DNA from: an uncultured Rivularia sp.
Lineage (GTDB): Bacteria; Cyanobacteriota; Cyanobacteriia; Cyanobacteriales; Nostocaceae
Assembly: GCA_963665115.1 (NCBI GenBank)
Contig: OY762007.1
Coordinates: forward strand, 7,808,001-7,872,000
Length of the DNA stretch: 64,000 bases
Reading direction: 5' to 3'
Position numbers and translations under genes: made by a program. Under the pieces are notes generated by a model. It did no database searches. It was not told where the DNA came from and saw nothing but the letters and a program-made list of their open reading frames with translations. Position 1 is the stretch's first letter; every line of letters starts with the position of its first letter. Of this stretch, positions 45,676 to 56,087 are shown piece by piece.

Positions 45676-45778
45676 AAGCTGCCACGCATTTGATCTGTAT
45701 TTTACTAGCGGGCAAGATGCCCGCACCACAATGTATTTACGTTTTAGTCTTATACAATGCCCGCTGCACATCAGCTTA
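45676..45778. mobile_element. Second copy of the TAAGCTG...CAGCTTA MITE-like element
   Basis: Reverse complement of 21416-21519 at the ends and in the central hairpin. Confidence 0.6.
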
Positions 45779-45950
45779 CCTTCATTCTTCATAAGTAGTT
45801 AAGCTCGCACTACTTATCGCACTATTTATATAATTCTGCTGTGTTATATAACCGTTCCCCCCAACCCTATTCCTTACCTAGAAAAAATGTTTAATTTAAT
45901 GAAGGCACAGGTACTTACTTGATTCATTCTAAATTCAATACTTGATAATC

Positions 45951-47129
45951 ATGGCTTCAAAAATTCCTTTAGCATGGTTACAGCTAATTAGAAACAAGCT
46001 TCGTTCTTGTATAGCTGTGGCTGGTATCGCTTTTATTGTTATGCTGATGTTTATGCAACTTGGATTTCAAGATGCTCTTTACAGCAGTGCAACTCAGGTA
46101 CATCGCAGTCTCCAAGGAGACTTATTTTTAGTTAGTTCTCAATATAAAGCATTAACCGCAACCCAAAGCTTTTCTCGGACTCGTTTATATCAAGCTTTAG
46201 GATTTGAAGGTGTAGAATCAGTTACTCCAATTTATTTAGGATTTGCTAAATTTAAAAATCCCGATAATGGTGAAAAATACTCAATATACGTAATGGGTTT
46301 TGAACCTAGTAAAGCCATCATTAACTTACCAGGAATCCAAGAAAATATAGATAAATTGAAATTATCCGATGTCGTATTATTTGATAAAGATTCTCGACCG
46401 GAATTTGGGGATGTTGCTCTCAGATTTGAACGGGGAGAGTCCCAACCAAACATCGAAATATTTCCCTTTGATTCATTATCAGGATTAAGACTTAGAGTCG
46501 GTGGATTATTTAGTTTAGGTCCTTCCTTCGGGGTAGATGGGAACTTAATTGTTAGCGATACAACATTCCTGCGGGTATTTCAGAATGCTCGCCCTACCGA
46601 CAAAATAGATGTAGGAGCGATCGCCCTTAAACCCGGAGTAAATGCCGAAAAAATTACACAACAACTAAGAGAGAAATTACCTAACGATGTCCTGATATTT
46701 ACCCACGAAGAATTTATTAACTTTGAAAAAGAATATTGGGCTAATAGAACACCAATTGGTTTTATTTTAAATCTGATGCTAACAATGGGTTCTGTAGTTG
46801 GCATAGTCATCGTTTACCAAATATTATTTAGCAACATTGCCAGTCAATTAGTAGCATACGCGACTTTAAAAGCCATAGGTTATGCCAATAATTATTTATT
46901 AAGAGTAGTTTTTAAACAAGCTTTCATTTTAGCAGTGTTAGGTTATATCCCAGGTTGGATTACCTCCAAATACCTGTATGAATTCGCAATGAAAGCCACA
47001 AAACTACCTATAAGTATGAGCTTCAGCAATGCATTAATAGTTTTAATTGCAACAGCATTAATGTGTATGACTTCCGGTGCATTAACCATAAATCAACTCC
47101 GCTCCGCAGATCCCGCAGATATTTTTTAG
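45951..47129 (+). CDS. hgdC: DevC-family ABC permease (HgdC-like)
   Basis: IPLAWLQL, LMFMQLGFQDALY, YATLKAIGY, C-terminal ADPADIF. Confidence 0.88.
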   Translation: MASKIPLAWLQLIRNKLRSCIAVAGIAFIVMLMFMQLGFQDALYSSATQVHRSLQGDLFLVSSQYKALTATQSFSRTRLYQALGFEGVESVTPIYLGFAKFKNPDNGEKYSIYVMGFEPSKAIINLPGIQENIDKLKLSDVVLFDKDSRPEFGDVALRFERGESQPNIEIFPFDSLSGLRLRVGGLFSLGPSFGVDGNLIVSDTTFLRVFQNARPTDKIDVGAIALKPGVNAEKITQQLREKLPNDVLIFTHEEFINFEKEYWANRTPIGFILNLMLTMGSVVGIVIVYQILFSNIASQLVAYATLKAIGYANNYLLRVVFKQAFILAVLGYIPGWITSKYLYEFAMKATKLPISMSFSNALIVLIATALMCMTSGALTINQLRSADPADIF

Positions 47130-47313
47130 AGTAGGGAGTAGGGAGTTGGGAGTTGGGAGTTGGGAGTAGGGAGTTGGGAGTAGGGAGTTGGGAGTTGGGA
47201 GTAGAGAGTAGGGAGTTGGGAGTTAGTGTTTTTTACCCATTACCAATTACCAATTACCCATTACCAATTACCAATTACCAATTACCAATTACCTATTACC
47301 TATTACCCATTAC
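47130..47313 (+). repeat. STRR-type arrays (GGGAGTA/T)n and (ACCAATT)n
   Basis: About 13 and about 11 tandem heptamers seen directly. Confidence 0.9.
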
Positions 47314-47348
47314 CAAAAATATTCAAACAATTCTATAAGCGAAAAAAT

Positions 47349-48332
47349 ATGAACCTTACAGATAAAACATTACTAATCACCGGAATTGGTGGATTTATTG
47401 GTTTACGTGCGGCAGAAATAGCTATAGCTAAAGGCTTAAAAGTCCGTGGATTGGAAAAAGATCCCGATTTGGCTAAAAAAGCTCAAAAACTCGGTGCTGA
47501 AGTTATTCTCGGCAGTGTTACCGATTTACCTATTACTCAAAAAGCTTGTCAGGATGTGGATATAGTTTTACATACTGAAGAAATGGCAAAAGAAGGAGGT
47601 TCAACTAAAGAATTTAGTCAGGTTAATATTGACGGAACTATAAATATCGGTAAAGCTGCTCGCGATACTGGAATTAAAACTTTTGTTCATCTTTCTACTG
47701 CTTTAGTTTATGGTTTTGATTACAAGAATGGTGTTACTGAGAGCGAAAAACTTGTAAAAGAAAAAAATCCTTATTGCCAAACAAAAATAGAAGCAGAAAA
47801 AGCTTTACAGCAACTAAATAGTTCGCAAGATTTTGGTATTATTATCATCCGTGCTGGCGATGTTTATGGTCCCGGTTCTATTCCTTGGACGGTGCGACCA
47901 ATATCGTTTATGCAGCAAAAGTTATTTGCTTATACTAACGAAGGAAAAATAATTAATCATGTATATGTAGATAATTTAATTGATGCCATTTTTCTAGCTA
48001 TAGAAAAAGAGCAACATGGTGAAATATTTAATATTACCGACGGAAAAGAAACTTCTCCCCAAGAATATTTTACTCGTTTAGCAGAAACAGCAGGTCATAG
48101 CGCCCCTTCATCTTTAGGAAAAGAAGAAATTAGAATCTTTTTGAAATTGCGCTGTCAAGGACAAAAACTTTTACGCAAACAGCCAGATATTTATCCCGAA
48201 GCGGTAGATTTTATGAGCCGCCCTTATGCTTTTTCTATTGATAAAGCACGTAGAATCTTGAATTACAAACCAGCTGTTTCTTTAGATGAAGGAATGAGTC
48301 GTATTAAAGAATCGCTGAATAATCAAGAGTAA
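47349..48332 (+). CDS. NAD-dependent epimerase/dehydratase of the hgl island
   Basis: GIGGFIG, YCQTK, IRAGDVYGPG, HVYVDNL; start moved past the STRR-derived N-terminus. Confidence 0.85.
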   Translation: MNLTDKTLLITGIGGFIGLRAAEIAIAKGLKVRGLEKDPDLAKKAQKLGAEVILGSVTDLPITQKACQDVDIVLHTEEMAKEGGSTKEFSQVNIDGTINIGKAARDTGIKTFVHLSTALVYGFDYKNGVTESEKLVKEKNPYCQTKIEAEKALQQLNSSQDFGIIIIRAGDVYGPGSIPWTVRPISFMQQKLFAYTNEGKIINHVYVDNLIDAIFLAIEKEQHGEIFNITDGKETSPQEYFTRLAETAGHSAPSSLGKEEIRIFLKLRCQGQKLLRKQPDIYPEAVDFMSRPYAFSIDKARRILNYKPAVSLDEGMSRIKESLNNQE

Positions 48333-48344
48333 TCAGGTTTAAGC

Positions 48345-48540
48345 GGGAAGGGGGAGAGGGGGGAGAGGGGGAAGAGGGGGTAGATGGGGAGACAAGGGGA
48401 CAAGGGGAAATTTAAAACTCTTAACTCGTAATTCCTAACTCCTAATTCTCAACTCACTACTCACTACTTACTACTTACTACTCCTAACTCTTACTCCCTA
48501 ACCCCGACAATTATATATCAACTATCAACTATCAACTAAG
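48345..48540 (+). repeat. Purine-rich and heptamer repeats (GGGGAGA, ACTCCTA, CTACTTA, CAACTAT)
   Basis: Seen directly. Confidence 0.8.
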
Positions 48541-48543
48541 AAA

Positions 48544-49011
48544 ATGAAAAAGTCTTTTTTTTGTTGCTTGTTATTTTCCACTTTAGCAAGTATCGGATTA
48601 GTTATAAAAGCTAATGCTGTAGAAGATTCTGCGAATTTGACTGTTGCGATTAAAGGTATTAAGAACCAAAAAGGTCAGGTTTGTCTGAGAATCTTTGAAA
48701 GCGAACGTGGGTTTCCTCTTGGTAATAGCAGCGAACTGAAAAGTCAATGCACGAAAATTACTGGTAATTCTCTCGAACAAAATTTTGCAGGCTTAAAAAA
48801 AGGCACTTATGCTATTGCGGTTATTGATGACCAAAATGGTAATAACAAACTAGATCGAGATTTTTTTGGTATCCCTGAAGAAGGATTCGGTATTTCCAAT
48901 AATCCTACCGTATCCATAAAAACTGGGACTCCTAATTTTGAGAAAGCAAGGTTTTCATTAGATCAAAATAAAATGGTTGAGATTGAAATGAAATATTCTC
49001 TCGATCCTTAA
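48544..49011 (+). CDS. DUF2141-family secreted protein
   Basis: Signal peptide; GTYAIAVIDDQNGNNKLD..FFGIPEEGFGISNNP. Confidence 0.85.
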   Translation: MKKSFFCCLLFSTLASIGLVIKANAVEDSANLTVAIKGIKNQKGQVCLRIFESERGFPLGNSSELKSQCTKITGNSLEQNFAGLKKGTYAIAVIDDQNGNNKLDRDFFGIPEEGFGISNNPTVSIKTGTPNFEKARFSLDQNKMVEIEMKYSLDP

Positions 49012-49025
49012 ATTACACCTAAATT

Positions 49026-49397
49026 ATGGATAAACAAGCTTTAGGTATGGCGATTTTTATGGGACTATATGTTCCATTATTCACGGGGGTTTCTGTGACA
49101 ATACACCGTTTTTCACGACGTAAACCGCAGCAAAACAACAAAATTATTATTGTCCATCGTCAATTTGAAAGCCAATCTTTTGACAGTATCAATAAAAATT
49201 CTGTTTTTAAGCTGGATAAATCCCATAGCTTACCTTTTTCAAAAAATGTCTCGGAGATTAAAACACTCTCATTTTACAAGTTTTTACCTCCAGCCTATAT
49301 AAGAGACAACAACTTATTGCAGAACTTCGATTTAAACAAAATTGCAATCGATGAATCACAAGTAAATCTGCAAAAAATATCACCACGACATGATTGA
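49026..49397 (+). pseudogene. Degenerate, truncated hglT-like ORF
   Basis: MDKQALGMAIFMGLYVPLFTGVSVTIHR aligns with HglT MLKQPLRLAIATGLYAPFLTGVSVAVHQR; later LSFYKFLP, LLQNFD and AIDES echo LIFYNSLP, LLESFN and LVEEA. Confidence 0.6.
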
Positions 49398-49434
49398 ATG
49401 TTAGCTTTTCTCAAATGTGTAAAGGTTTCTAGAA

Positions 49435-50691
49435 ATGAAATTTTGGGCGATCGCACTGCTGCAAACTTTGCTAGGTTGGCTGGTAATTCAGATAGCTTTA
49501 ACGTCGATCTTTATCTATTATTTACGTTCAAATAGCGTTAATTCACTTTCCGATAGCCAACTTCCTAAGACGGCAGTTATTCTATGCTTGCGAGGGGTAG
49601 ATCCTTTTCTCGCCAACTGTTTAAAAGCTTTATTGGAACAAGACTACCCCCAATACGATTTGAAAATCGTAGTTGATAGTCAGGAAGATCCAGCATGGCA
49701 AGTAGCTAGCGATACTGTTGCTGAGTGCAATGCTACTAATGTGCAAATCAGTCCTTTAAAGATAGCTAGTACCGTCTGTAGCTTGAAATGCAGTTCGTTA
49801 ATACAAGCTGTCTCTGAATTAGATAGTTCTTACAAGGTAGTTGCTTTAGTCGATGCAGATGCTGTAGTTCATTCTAGTTGGTTGCGCGAATTAGTTACAC
49901 CTTTAATGCATCCAAAAGTAGGAGCCACTACAGGGAACCGCTGGTATCTAGCCCAAGGCAGCTACTGGGGAACTCTAATCAGATATATCTGGAATGTCTC
50001 GGCAGTAATACAAATGTATCTTTACGGTATCTGTTGGGGAGGAACTTTAGCGATTAAAACACAAGTGATTCATGAAACCGGAATGCTTGAAAGATGGGCA
50101 AGGGGTTTAAGCGAAGATACGATGCTTAAAGGTATCCTCGCTGAATACGATTTAAAAGTAAAATTTGTGCCTTCTTTGTTAATATTTAATCGCGAAGAAT
50201 GCACTTTAGCAAACTTAATGAATTGGATGAAACGCCAATTATTAATTTCTCGACTATATCATTCTCAATGGTGGTTGGTAGTTGTAGAAGCGGTGTTTTC
50301 CACACTGTTACCAAATTTGATATTTGTGTTAGTTTTTGTAAATATATTATTAGCTAAATGGGATGTTTCGCTAATTCTATTTACTTGCTATAGTCTCTAC
50401 ATATTTTCTCTAGTTTTGATAACAACCGCTGTAGAAATAGAAGTGAGAAAAGTAATAAACTATCGATGGTTGATGCCGAATATATCATTTACAACATTAA
50501 TCAAAAAACTGATAGAAATTCCTTTAACACATTGGTTCTATGGATACACTTTAGTATCATCAATGTGGATGTCAAAAGTCTATTGGCGTAAGATAGTCTA
50601 CCGGATAAAAAGTCCCTTTAATATTCAGTTAACCAAATATCATCCCTATCAATCAGATAAGCAACCAACTGATAATCAAGTTTCTCTTTAG
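49435..50691 (+). CDS. Family 2 glycosyltransferase (ceramide-glucosyltransferase-like), membrane-anchored
   Basis: ILCLRGVDPFL, CSLKC, VDAD (DxD), WGG, SED, RQ..ISRLY; N- and C-terminal TMs. Confidence 0.85.
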   Translation: MKFWAIALLQTLLGWLVIQIALTSIFIYYLRSNSVNSLSDSQLPKTAVILCLRGVDPFLANCLKALLEQDYPQYDLKIVVDSQEDPAWQVASDTVAECNATNVQISPLKIASTVCSLKCSSLIQAVSELDSSYKVVALVDADAVVHSSWLRELVTPLMHPKVGATTGNRWYLAQGSYWGTLIRYIWNVSAVIQMYLYGICWGGTLAIKTQVIHETGMLERWARGLSEDTMLKGILAEYDLKVKFVPSLLIFNREECTLANLMNWMKRQLLISRLYHSQWWLVVVEAVFSTLLPNLIFVLVFVNILLAKWDVSLILFTCYSLYIFSLVLITTAVEIEVRKVINYRWLMPNISFTTLIKKLIEIPLTHWFYGYTLVSSMWMSKVYWRKIVYRIKSPFNIQLTKYHPYQSDKQPTDNQVSL

Positions 50692-50861
50692 GAAAATCAT
50701 CATCAGAGAGTAGTGATTTGTATCATTAACTCTGAGAGGTTTGTAGTAAGGACTTTAGTCCCCCAGAGCGATAAATCGCTTACTACAAACTTTGTTACCC
50801 TTTCATGTTCGTAGCTCCGGAATGTGGGTCCCCCTTCAGAATAAATTCTATATATTTAATC

Positions 50862-52130
50862 ATGTTAAAACAACCTCTTCGTCTGGCGATCGCCACTGGA
50901 TTATATGCTCCATTTTTAACCGGAGTTTCTGTTGCAGTACATCAACGGGTACGCTGGTTTTTGCAGCAAGGGCATGAAGTATTTCTGATTCATCCGCAAA
51001 TTAACAATCGGTATCCTCCTAATGTTGGTAAACGTCCGATGGCTGGATTGGATGAACTACAGCAGTATCCCAACTTTACTTCCTTCGCATTTCCTACACA
51101 GCCATTAATATTTTATAACTCTCTTCCTCAACCATTAAGCTATCGGCATTGGAGCGATACTAAATTATTAGAAAGCTTTAATCCCGATGTTGTATTAGTA
51201 GAAGAAGCAGCGCAAATGAGAGGACTATATTCGCTTTTTTTACAAGGCTATGGTCGTCCTGTTGCAGTTGAATACGCGAAAAAGACCGGCACTCCTACAA
51301 TATCTCTATTTCATACTGATATAGTCGCCTATATTCAATATTATTTAGGAAACAGACTATTCAACTTAATTAGTCCGATTGTTCCTAGCTTAATTAAACA
51401 ATTTAGCGAGTCTTACTACCTGAGTTTATTTTCCTCAAAAGAACAACTTGCTAAATATCAAGCTATGAAATGTCAGAATAGCGAATACTTTCCCTATCAA
51501 GGAGTTGACTGTAAAAAATTCAATCCCGAAAATATTATCTTTAATCCCATTCCTAACGACAATAGACCAACTTTATTATTCGTAGGACGCATTACAGCGG
51601 AAAAAAATGTTAATCAATTACTAGATATATATCCTAAAATTGCCGAGAAAATTAAAGACGTTCACTTAGTAATTATTGGTAGCGGCCCCATAGAAGAAGA
51701 AATTAAACAACGTGCCCAACAATTTGGTTCCGGCGTAACAGTTTGGGGTGAATCTCACCGAGAAGAACTTTTAGGATGGTTTGCTCGTGCAGATGTATTT
51801 GTTAATCCTTCCATCACCGAAAACTTCTGCACCACAAACAACGAAGCTTTGGCTTCCGGAACTCCCGTAGTTGCTGCGGTAGCACCTTCCACAGCAGAAC
51901 AAGTAACACCAGGTCATAACGGCTTTTTAGCAGAACCGAATAATCCAGAAGATTTCGCTGAGAAAATCATTCAAATTCTGGACAATGCTGAATTAAAAGA
52001 GAAAATGACAGCAAATGCTCGTCCTTCAATTTTAGAATTTGATTGGTCTGCCTGTATGGAAAAATTTGAATTGAAGCTTTATCAAGTTGTTGCAGAATCG
52101 CAGAATAAATTGACGGGTGGTGGTTTGTAG
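50862..52130 (+). CDS. hglT: Heterocyst glycolipid synthase HglT (GT4), copy 1
   Basis: TGLYAPFLTGVSVAVHQR, FVGRITAEK, ENFCTTNNE (EX7E); terminal position in the hgl island. Confidence 0.82.
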   Translation: MLKQPLRLAIATGLYAPFLTGVSVAVHQRVRWFLQQGHEVFLIHPQINNRYPPNVGKRPMAGLDELQQYPNFTSFAFPTQPLIFYNSLPQPLSYRHWSDTKLLESFNPDVVLVEEAAQMRGLYSLFLQGYGRPVAVEYAKKTGTPTISLFHTDIVAYIQYYLGNRLFNLISPIVPSLIKQFSESYYLSLFSSKEQLAKYQAMKCQNSEYFPYQGVDCKKFNPENIIFNPIPNDNRPTLLFVGRITAEKNVNQLLDIYPKIAEKIKDVHLVIIGSGPIEEEIKQRAQQFGSGVTVWGESHREELLGWFARADVFVNPSITENFCTTNNEALASGTPVVAAVAPSTAEQVTPGHNGFLAEPNNPEDFAEKIIQILDNAELKEKMTANARPSILEFDWSACMEKFELKLYQVVAESQNKLTGGGL

Positions 52131-52234
52131 TTAAAAGTTTTTGCGTTATCTCATGCAATTAGCCTTTATATACCGATCCAAAATCTAAAATTTCCTACTC
52201 AAAAAAATAAGTCTCCAAATAACTATTTTTAATC

Positions 52235-53505
52235 ATGTTAAAACAACCTCTTCGTCTGGCGATCGCTACTGGATTATATGCTCCATTTTTAACAGGTGTT
52301 TCTGTTGCAGTACATCAACGCGCTCGTTGGTTTTTGCAACAGGGACATGAAGTATTTTTGATTCACCCGCAAATTAACGATCGCTATCCGGCAAATGTTG
52401 GCAAACGTCCGATGTCAGGATTGGATGAACTCCAGCAATATCCAAATTTTAGTTCCTATGCATTTCCTACGGAACCACTGATATTTTACAACTCTCTTCC
52501 TCAACCGCTAAACCATAGGCACTGGAGCGATACTAAACTATTAGAAGATTTCAACCCCGATGTAATATTAGTTGAAGAAGCTGCACAAATGAGGGGGCTG
52601 TATTCGCTTTTTTTACAAGGTTATGGTCGTCCTGTTGCAGTAGAATATGCTAAAAAAACCGGCACTCCAACAATTTCTTTATTTCATACCGATATCGTTG
52701 CCTATATCCAATATTATTTAGGCAATCAATTATTCAATTTGATTCGTCCGATTATTCCCAACTTAATTAAACAATTTAGCGAATCTTACTATCTAAGTCT
52801 ATTCCCTTCCAAAGGACAACTTGTTAAATACGAAAAAATGAAATGTCAGCGTAGTGAGTACTTTCCTTTTCAAGGAGTTGATTGTACAAAATTTAATCCC
52901 GAAAATATTATTTACAATCCCATCCCCAACGACCATAGACCAACTTTATTATTTGTAGGACGCATCACAGCCGAAAAGAATGTTAATCAACTTTTAGAAA
53001 TATATCCGATAATTGCTGAGAAAATTAAAGACGTTCATTTAGTAATTATTGGTAGCGGGCCCCCATAGAAGAACAAATTAAACAACGCGCTCAAGAATTC
53101 GGTTCCGGTGTAACATTTTGGGGAGAATCTCACGGCACAGAACTTTTAGGATGGTTTGCTCGTGCAGATATATTTGTTAACCCATCGACTACCGAAAATT
53201 TTTGTACAACAAACACCGAAGCTTTAGCTTCCGGGACTCCAGTTATTGCCGCAGTTGCAACCTCCACAGCAGAGCAAGTTACACCAGGTTATAACGGCTT
53301 TTGGGCAGAATCAAATAATTCAGAAGATTTCGCCGATAAAATCATTCAAATTCTCGAAAATGCTGAATTAAAAGAGAAAATGACAGCAAATGCTCGTCCT
53401 TCGATTTTGGAATTTGATTGGTCTGCGTGTATGGAAAAATTTGAGTTGAAGCTTTATCAAGTTGTTGCTAAACCCCAGAGGAAATTAATGGGTGTTGGTT
53501 TGTAA
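52235..53505 (+). CDS. hglT: HglT (GT4), tandem copy 2; two extra bases in GGGCCCCC near 53060
   Basis: Near-identical to copy 1; continues after the shift with EEQIKQRAQEFGSG...ENFCTTNTE...KLMGVGL*. Confidence 0.78.
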
Positions 53506-53536
53506 TTAAGAGTTTTTACGTTATCTCATGGAATTA

Positions 53537-53640
53537 GCCCTCACCCTTGAAGGGTGGGGCTACAATTACGAAGCCCACCTGCGTGGGCTAGAAAGAGTTT
53601 GACAAAAAGCCCCCCTTTCCAAGGGGGGTTGGGGGGATCT
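53537..53640. repeat. Clustered short palindromic repeats
   Basis: GCCCTCACCCTTGAAGGGTGGGGC; AGCCCACCTGCGTGGGCT; CCCCCCTTTCCAAGGGGGGTTGGGGGGATC. Confidence 0.75.
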
Positions 53641-53823
53641 AAACCTGTGGAATACTAACTATTTAGTAGCTTGGCTTCACGGCGCACTATGAAATTAGGT
53701 TTTAACTATAAATTAATATTGCGGCGTAACCCAACATCTTTTTTATTAGTATTTTATTGATTGATTTGAAGACGGGATTTCACGCTTAAATATAGTGGTG
53801 CAAAATGTCAGGATAAACAAGAA

Positions 53824-54450
53824 TCAAATTTCACTATTCTTTACACTTCCATCTGGCATGATAGTTTCACAGAAATAGGCATTTCTAAAAATAGCGTTAT
53901 CCAAATTAACTCCGAAGAAGTTAGTTCTAGTCAAGTTGGCTCCAGTGAAATAAGTCTTCTCCCGCAATTTAACGTTTCTAAAATCAACATTAGTCAAATT
54001 GGCACCACCGAAATTGGTATCGATAGCTTTAATATTACTCAAATTGACTCCGCTCAAATTAGTCTCGTGGAAATTAGTCTCTTGCAAGTCAGATCCAGTC
54101 AAATTAGCTCCAGTCAAATTGGCTCTATCAAGACTCGCTCGCCACAAACAAGCTCTGCTCAAATTAGCCCCACTCAAATCGGCTTCAATGAAACGGGCAT
54201 AATTCAAGTCAACATTTCTCAAATCGGCTCCACTCAAATTAATTCCATGCATCCAAAGAGTGATTTTGTGCAAATCAGCACCCTTCAAAATAGCTCCGCT
54301 GAGATTAACTCCTTGAAGTTCCCACTCATCGAGTTCCGTGTAGGGAGTATCTAAAACCAAATTAATTCCAGAAAACTTTCTTTCCCCAGCAGCATATCGC
54401 TCAAGCAATTCCTTAAAAGTTATTTCTATCGGTCGCAAACTTTTCGGCAT
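53824..54450 (-). CDS. Pentapeptide repeat protein
   Basis: ELLERYAAGERKF N-terminus, A(D/N)Lxx repeats, C-terminal TIMPDG. Confidence 0.92.
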   Translation of the reverse strand: MPKSLRPIEITFKELLERYAAGERKFSGINLVLDTPYTELDEWELQGVNLSGAILKGADLHKITLWMHGINLSGADLRNVDLNYARFIEADLSGANLSRACLWRASLDRANLTGANLTGSDLQETNFHETNLSGVNLSNIKAIDTNFGGANLTNVDFRNVKLREKTYFTGANLTRTNFFGVNLDNAIFRNAYFCETIMPDGSVKNSEI

Positions 54451-54605
54451 TATACTACTGACAGCTTAAAATATATAGGGTTTATAGTAGCGCTTTAGAA
54501 CCTTAGATAAGATGCGCTAAAGCGCTACTACGAACATATTTTTTATAAGTAATTAAAATCCTGCATTCCCTTTTGTAACCAGTTGTATCTACCAAACGAA
54601 AAATC

Positions 54606-55751
54606 ATGACCCAAACACTGTCTATAAATAATACTCAAAAGCCACAACTATCAGCCTTAAATATACCTAACCGTTTGCTTCTCGGCCCCGGCCCATCAAA
54701 TATTCATCCCGATATACTCAAAGCGATGAATACTCCTCCCGTGGGGCATCTCGATCCGGCTTTCCTCACGCTCATGGATGAGATTCAATCGCTGTTACGT
54801 TACGTATGGCAAACGGAAAACCAACTCACAATAGCAGTTAGCGGTACGGGAAGCGCGGCAATGGAAGCCACAATTGCTAATGCAGTAGAACCCGGTGATG
54901 TGGTATTAGTTGGTGTCGTTGGATACTTTGGCAATCGTTTGGTTGATATGGCCGGGCGTTACGGTGCAGATGTGCGAACCATCACCAAGCCTTGGGGACA
55001 GGTATTTTCGTTAGATGAATTGAAAACGGCGATCGCAACTCATCGTCCTGCTATAGTAGCCTTGGTTCACGCGGAAACTTCCACTGGGGCACGTCAACCG
55101 TTGGAAGGAGTCAGCGAACTATGTCGCGAACATGGTAGTTTGCTGCTGGTGGATTCAGTCACAAGTATGGGTGGTGTTCCTCTTTACTTGGATGAATGGG
55201 GAGTTGATTTGGCTTATAGCTGTAGTCAAAAAGGATTGGGTTGTCCTCCCGGAGCTTCACCCTTTACCATGAGTTCTCGTGCAGTGGAAAAATTGCAAAA
55301 GCGTCAAACAAAGGTTGCAAACTGGTACTTGGACATGAACCTGTTAAGCAAATATTGGGGTAAAGAACGCACATATCATCATACAGCCCCCATCAACTTA
55401 TATTATGCTTTGCGGGAATCTCTACGTTTAATTGCAGAAGAAGGCGTAGAAAATAGTTGGCAAAGGCATCAAAAAAATGCAGAATATTTGTGGCAAGGTT
55501 TAGAAGATTTAGGAATGACTTTGCACGTTGAGAAACAGTACAGACTACCAACCCTGACAACTGTTCGGATTCCCGAAGGCATTGATGGTAAAACAGTTGC
55601 GCGAGAAATGCTACTAGAAGACAACCTTGAAGTGGGAGGCGGGCTTGGCGAATTAGGTGGCAAAGTTTGGCGCATCGGACTAATGGGTTACAACAGCCGC
55701 AAAGAAAATGTAGACAAACTTCTGGAAGTATTGAAGAAGAAGATCAAGTAA
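54606..55751 (+). CDS. Alanine--glyoxylate/serine--pyruvate aminotransferase (class V PLP)
   Basis: LLLGPGPS, VHAETSTG, SCSQKGL (PLP Lys), YHHTAP, WRIGLMG. Confidence 0.92.
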   Translation: MTQTLSINNTQKPQLSALNIPNRLLLGPGPSNIHPDILKAMNTPPVGHLDPAFLTLMDEIQSLLRYVWQTENQLTIAVSGTGSAAMEATIANAVEPGDVVLVGVVGYFGNRLVDMAGRYGADVRTITKPWGQVFSLDELKTAIATHRPAIVALVHAETSTGARQPLEGVSELCREHGSLLLVDSVTSMGGVPLYLDEWGVDLAYSCSQKGLGCPPGASPFTMSSRAVEKLQKRQTKVANWYLDMNLLSKYWGKERTYHHTAPINLYYALRESLRLIAEEGVENSWQRHQKNAEYLWQGLEDLGMTLHVEKQYRLPTLTTVRIPEGIDGKTVAREMLLEDNLEVGGGLGELGGKVWRIGLMGYNSRKENVDKLLEVLKKKIK

Positions 55752-56087
55752 AAAGGTTAAAGGTTAAAGGTTAAAGGTCAAAGGTCAAAGGTTAGGAGTT
55801 ATGAGTCGCAAGTAGTAAGTAGTAAGTAAAATACTAATTGGTTCTTATTATCAGTTCTTCAAGCATCCATTCTCTAATCATTACTTGCTACTTGTTACTC
55901 GTTACTCTAAAAATGTCCCCTTGTCTCCTTCTCCCCTTGTCTCCCCATCTCCCCCTCTTCCCCTCCGTAGTTTTGCCCAAAGTAGAAGAAACCCCCCACA
56001 TTGAAGTACGGTTTAACTGACTGCCTGTAGATTGAAAAGCTGTTACATTTATTTATGTAGGTTGAAATTAATATTACAGAAAAAACC

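Noticed and set aside
47130..47313. Long tandem repeats as a possible CRISPR array
   Set aside because: The units are 7-nt tandem repeats without unique spacers and no cas genes are present; these are typical Nostocales STRR-type repeats
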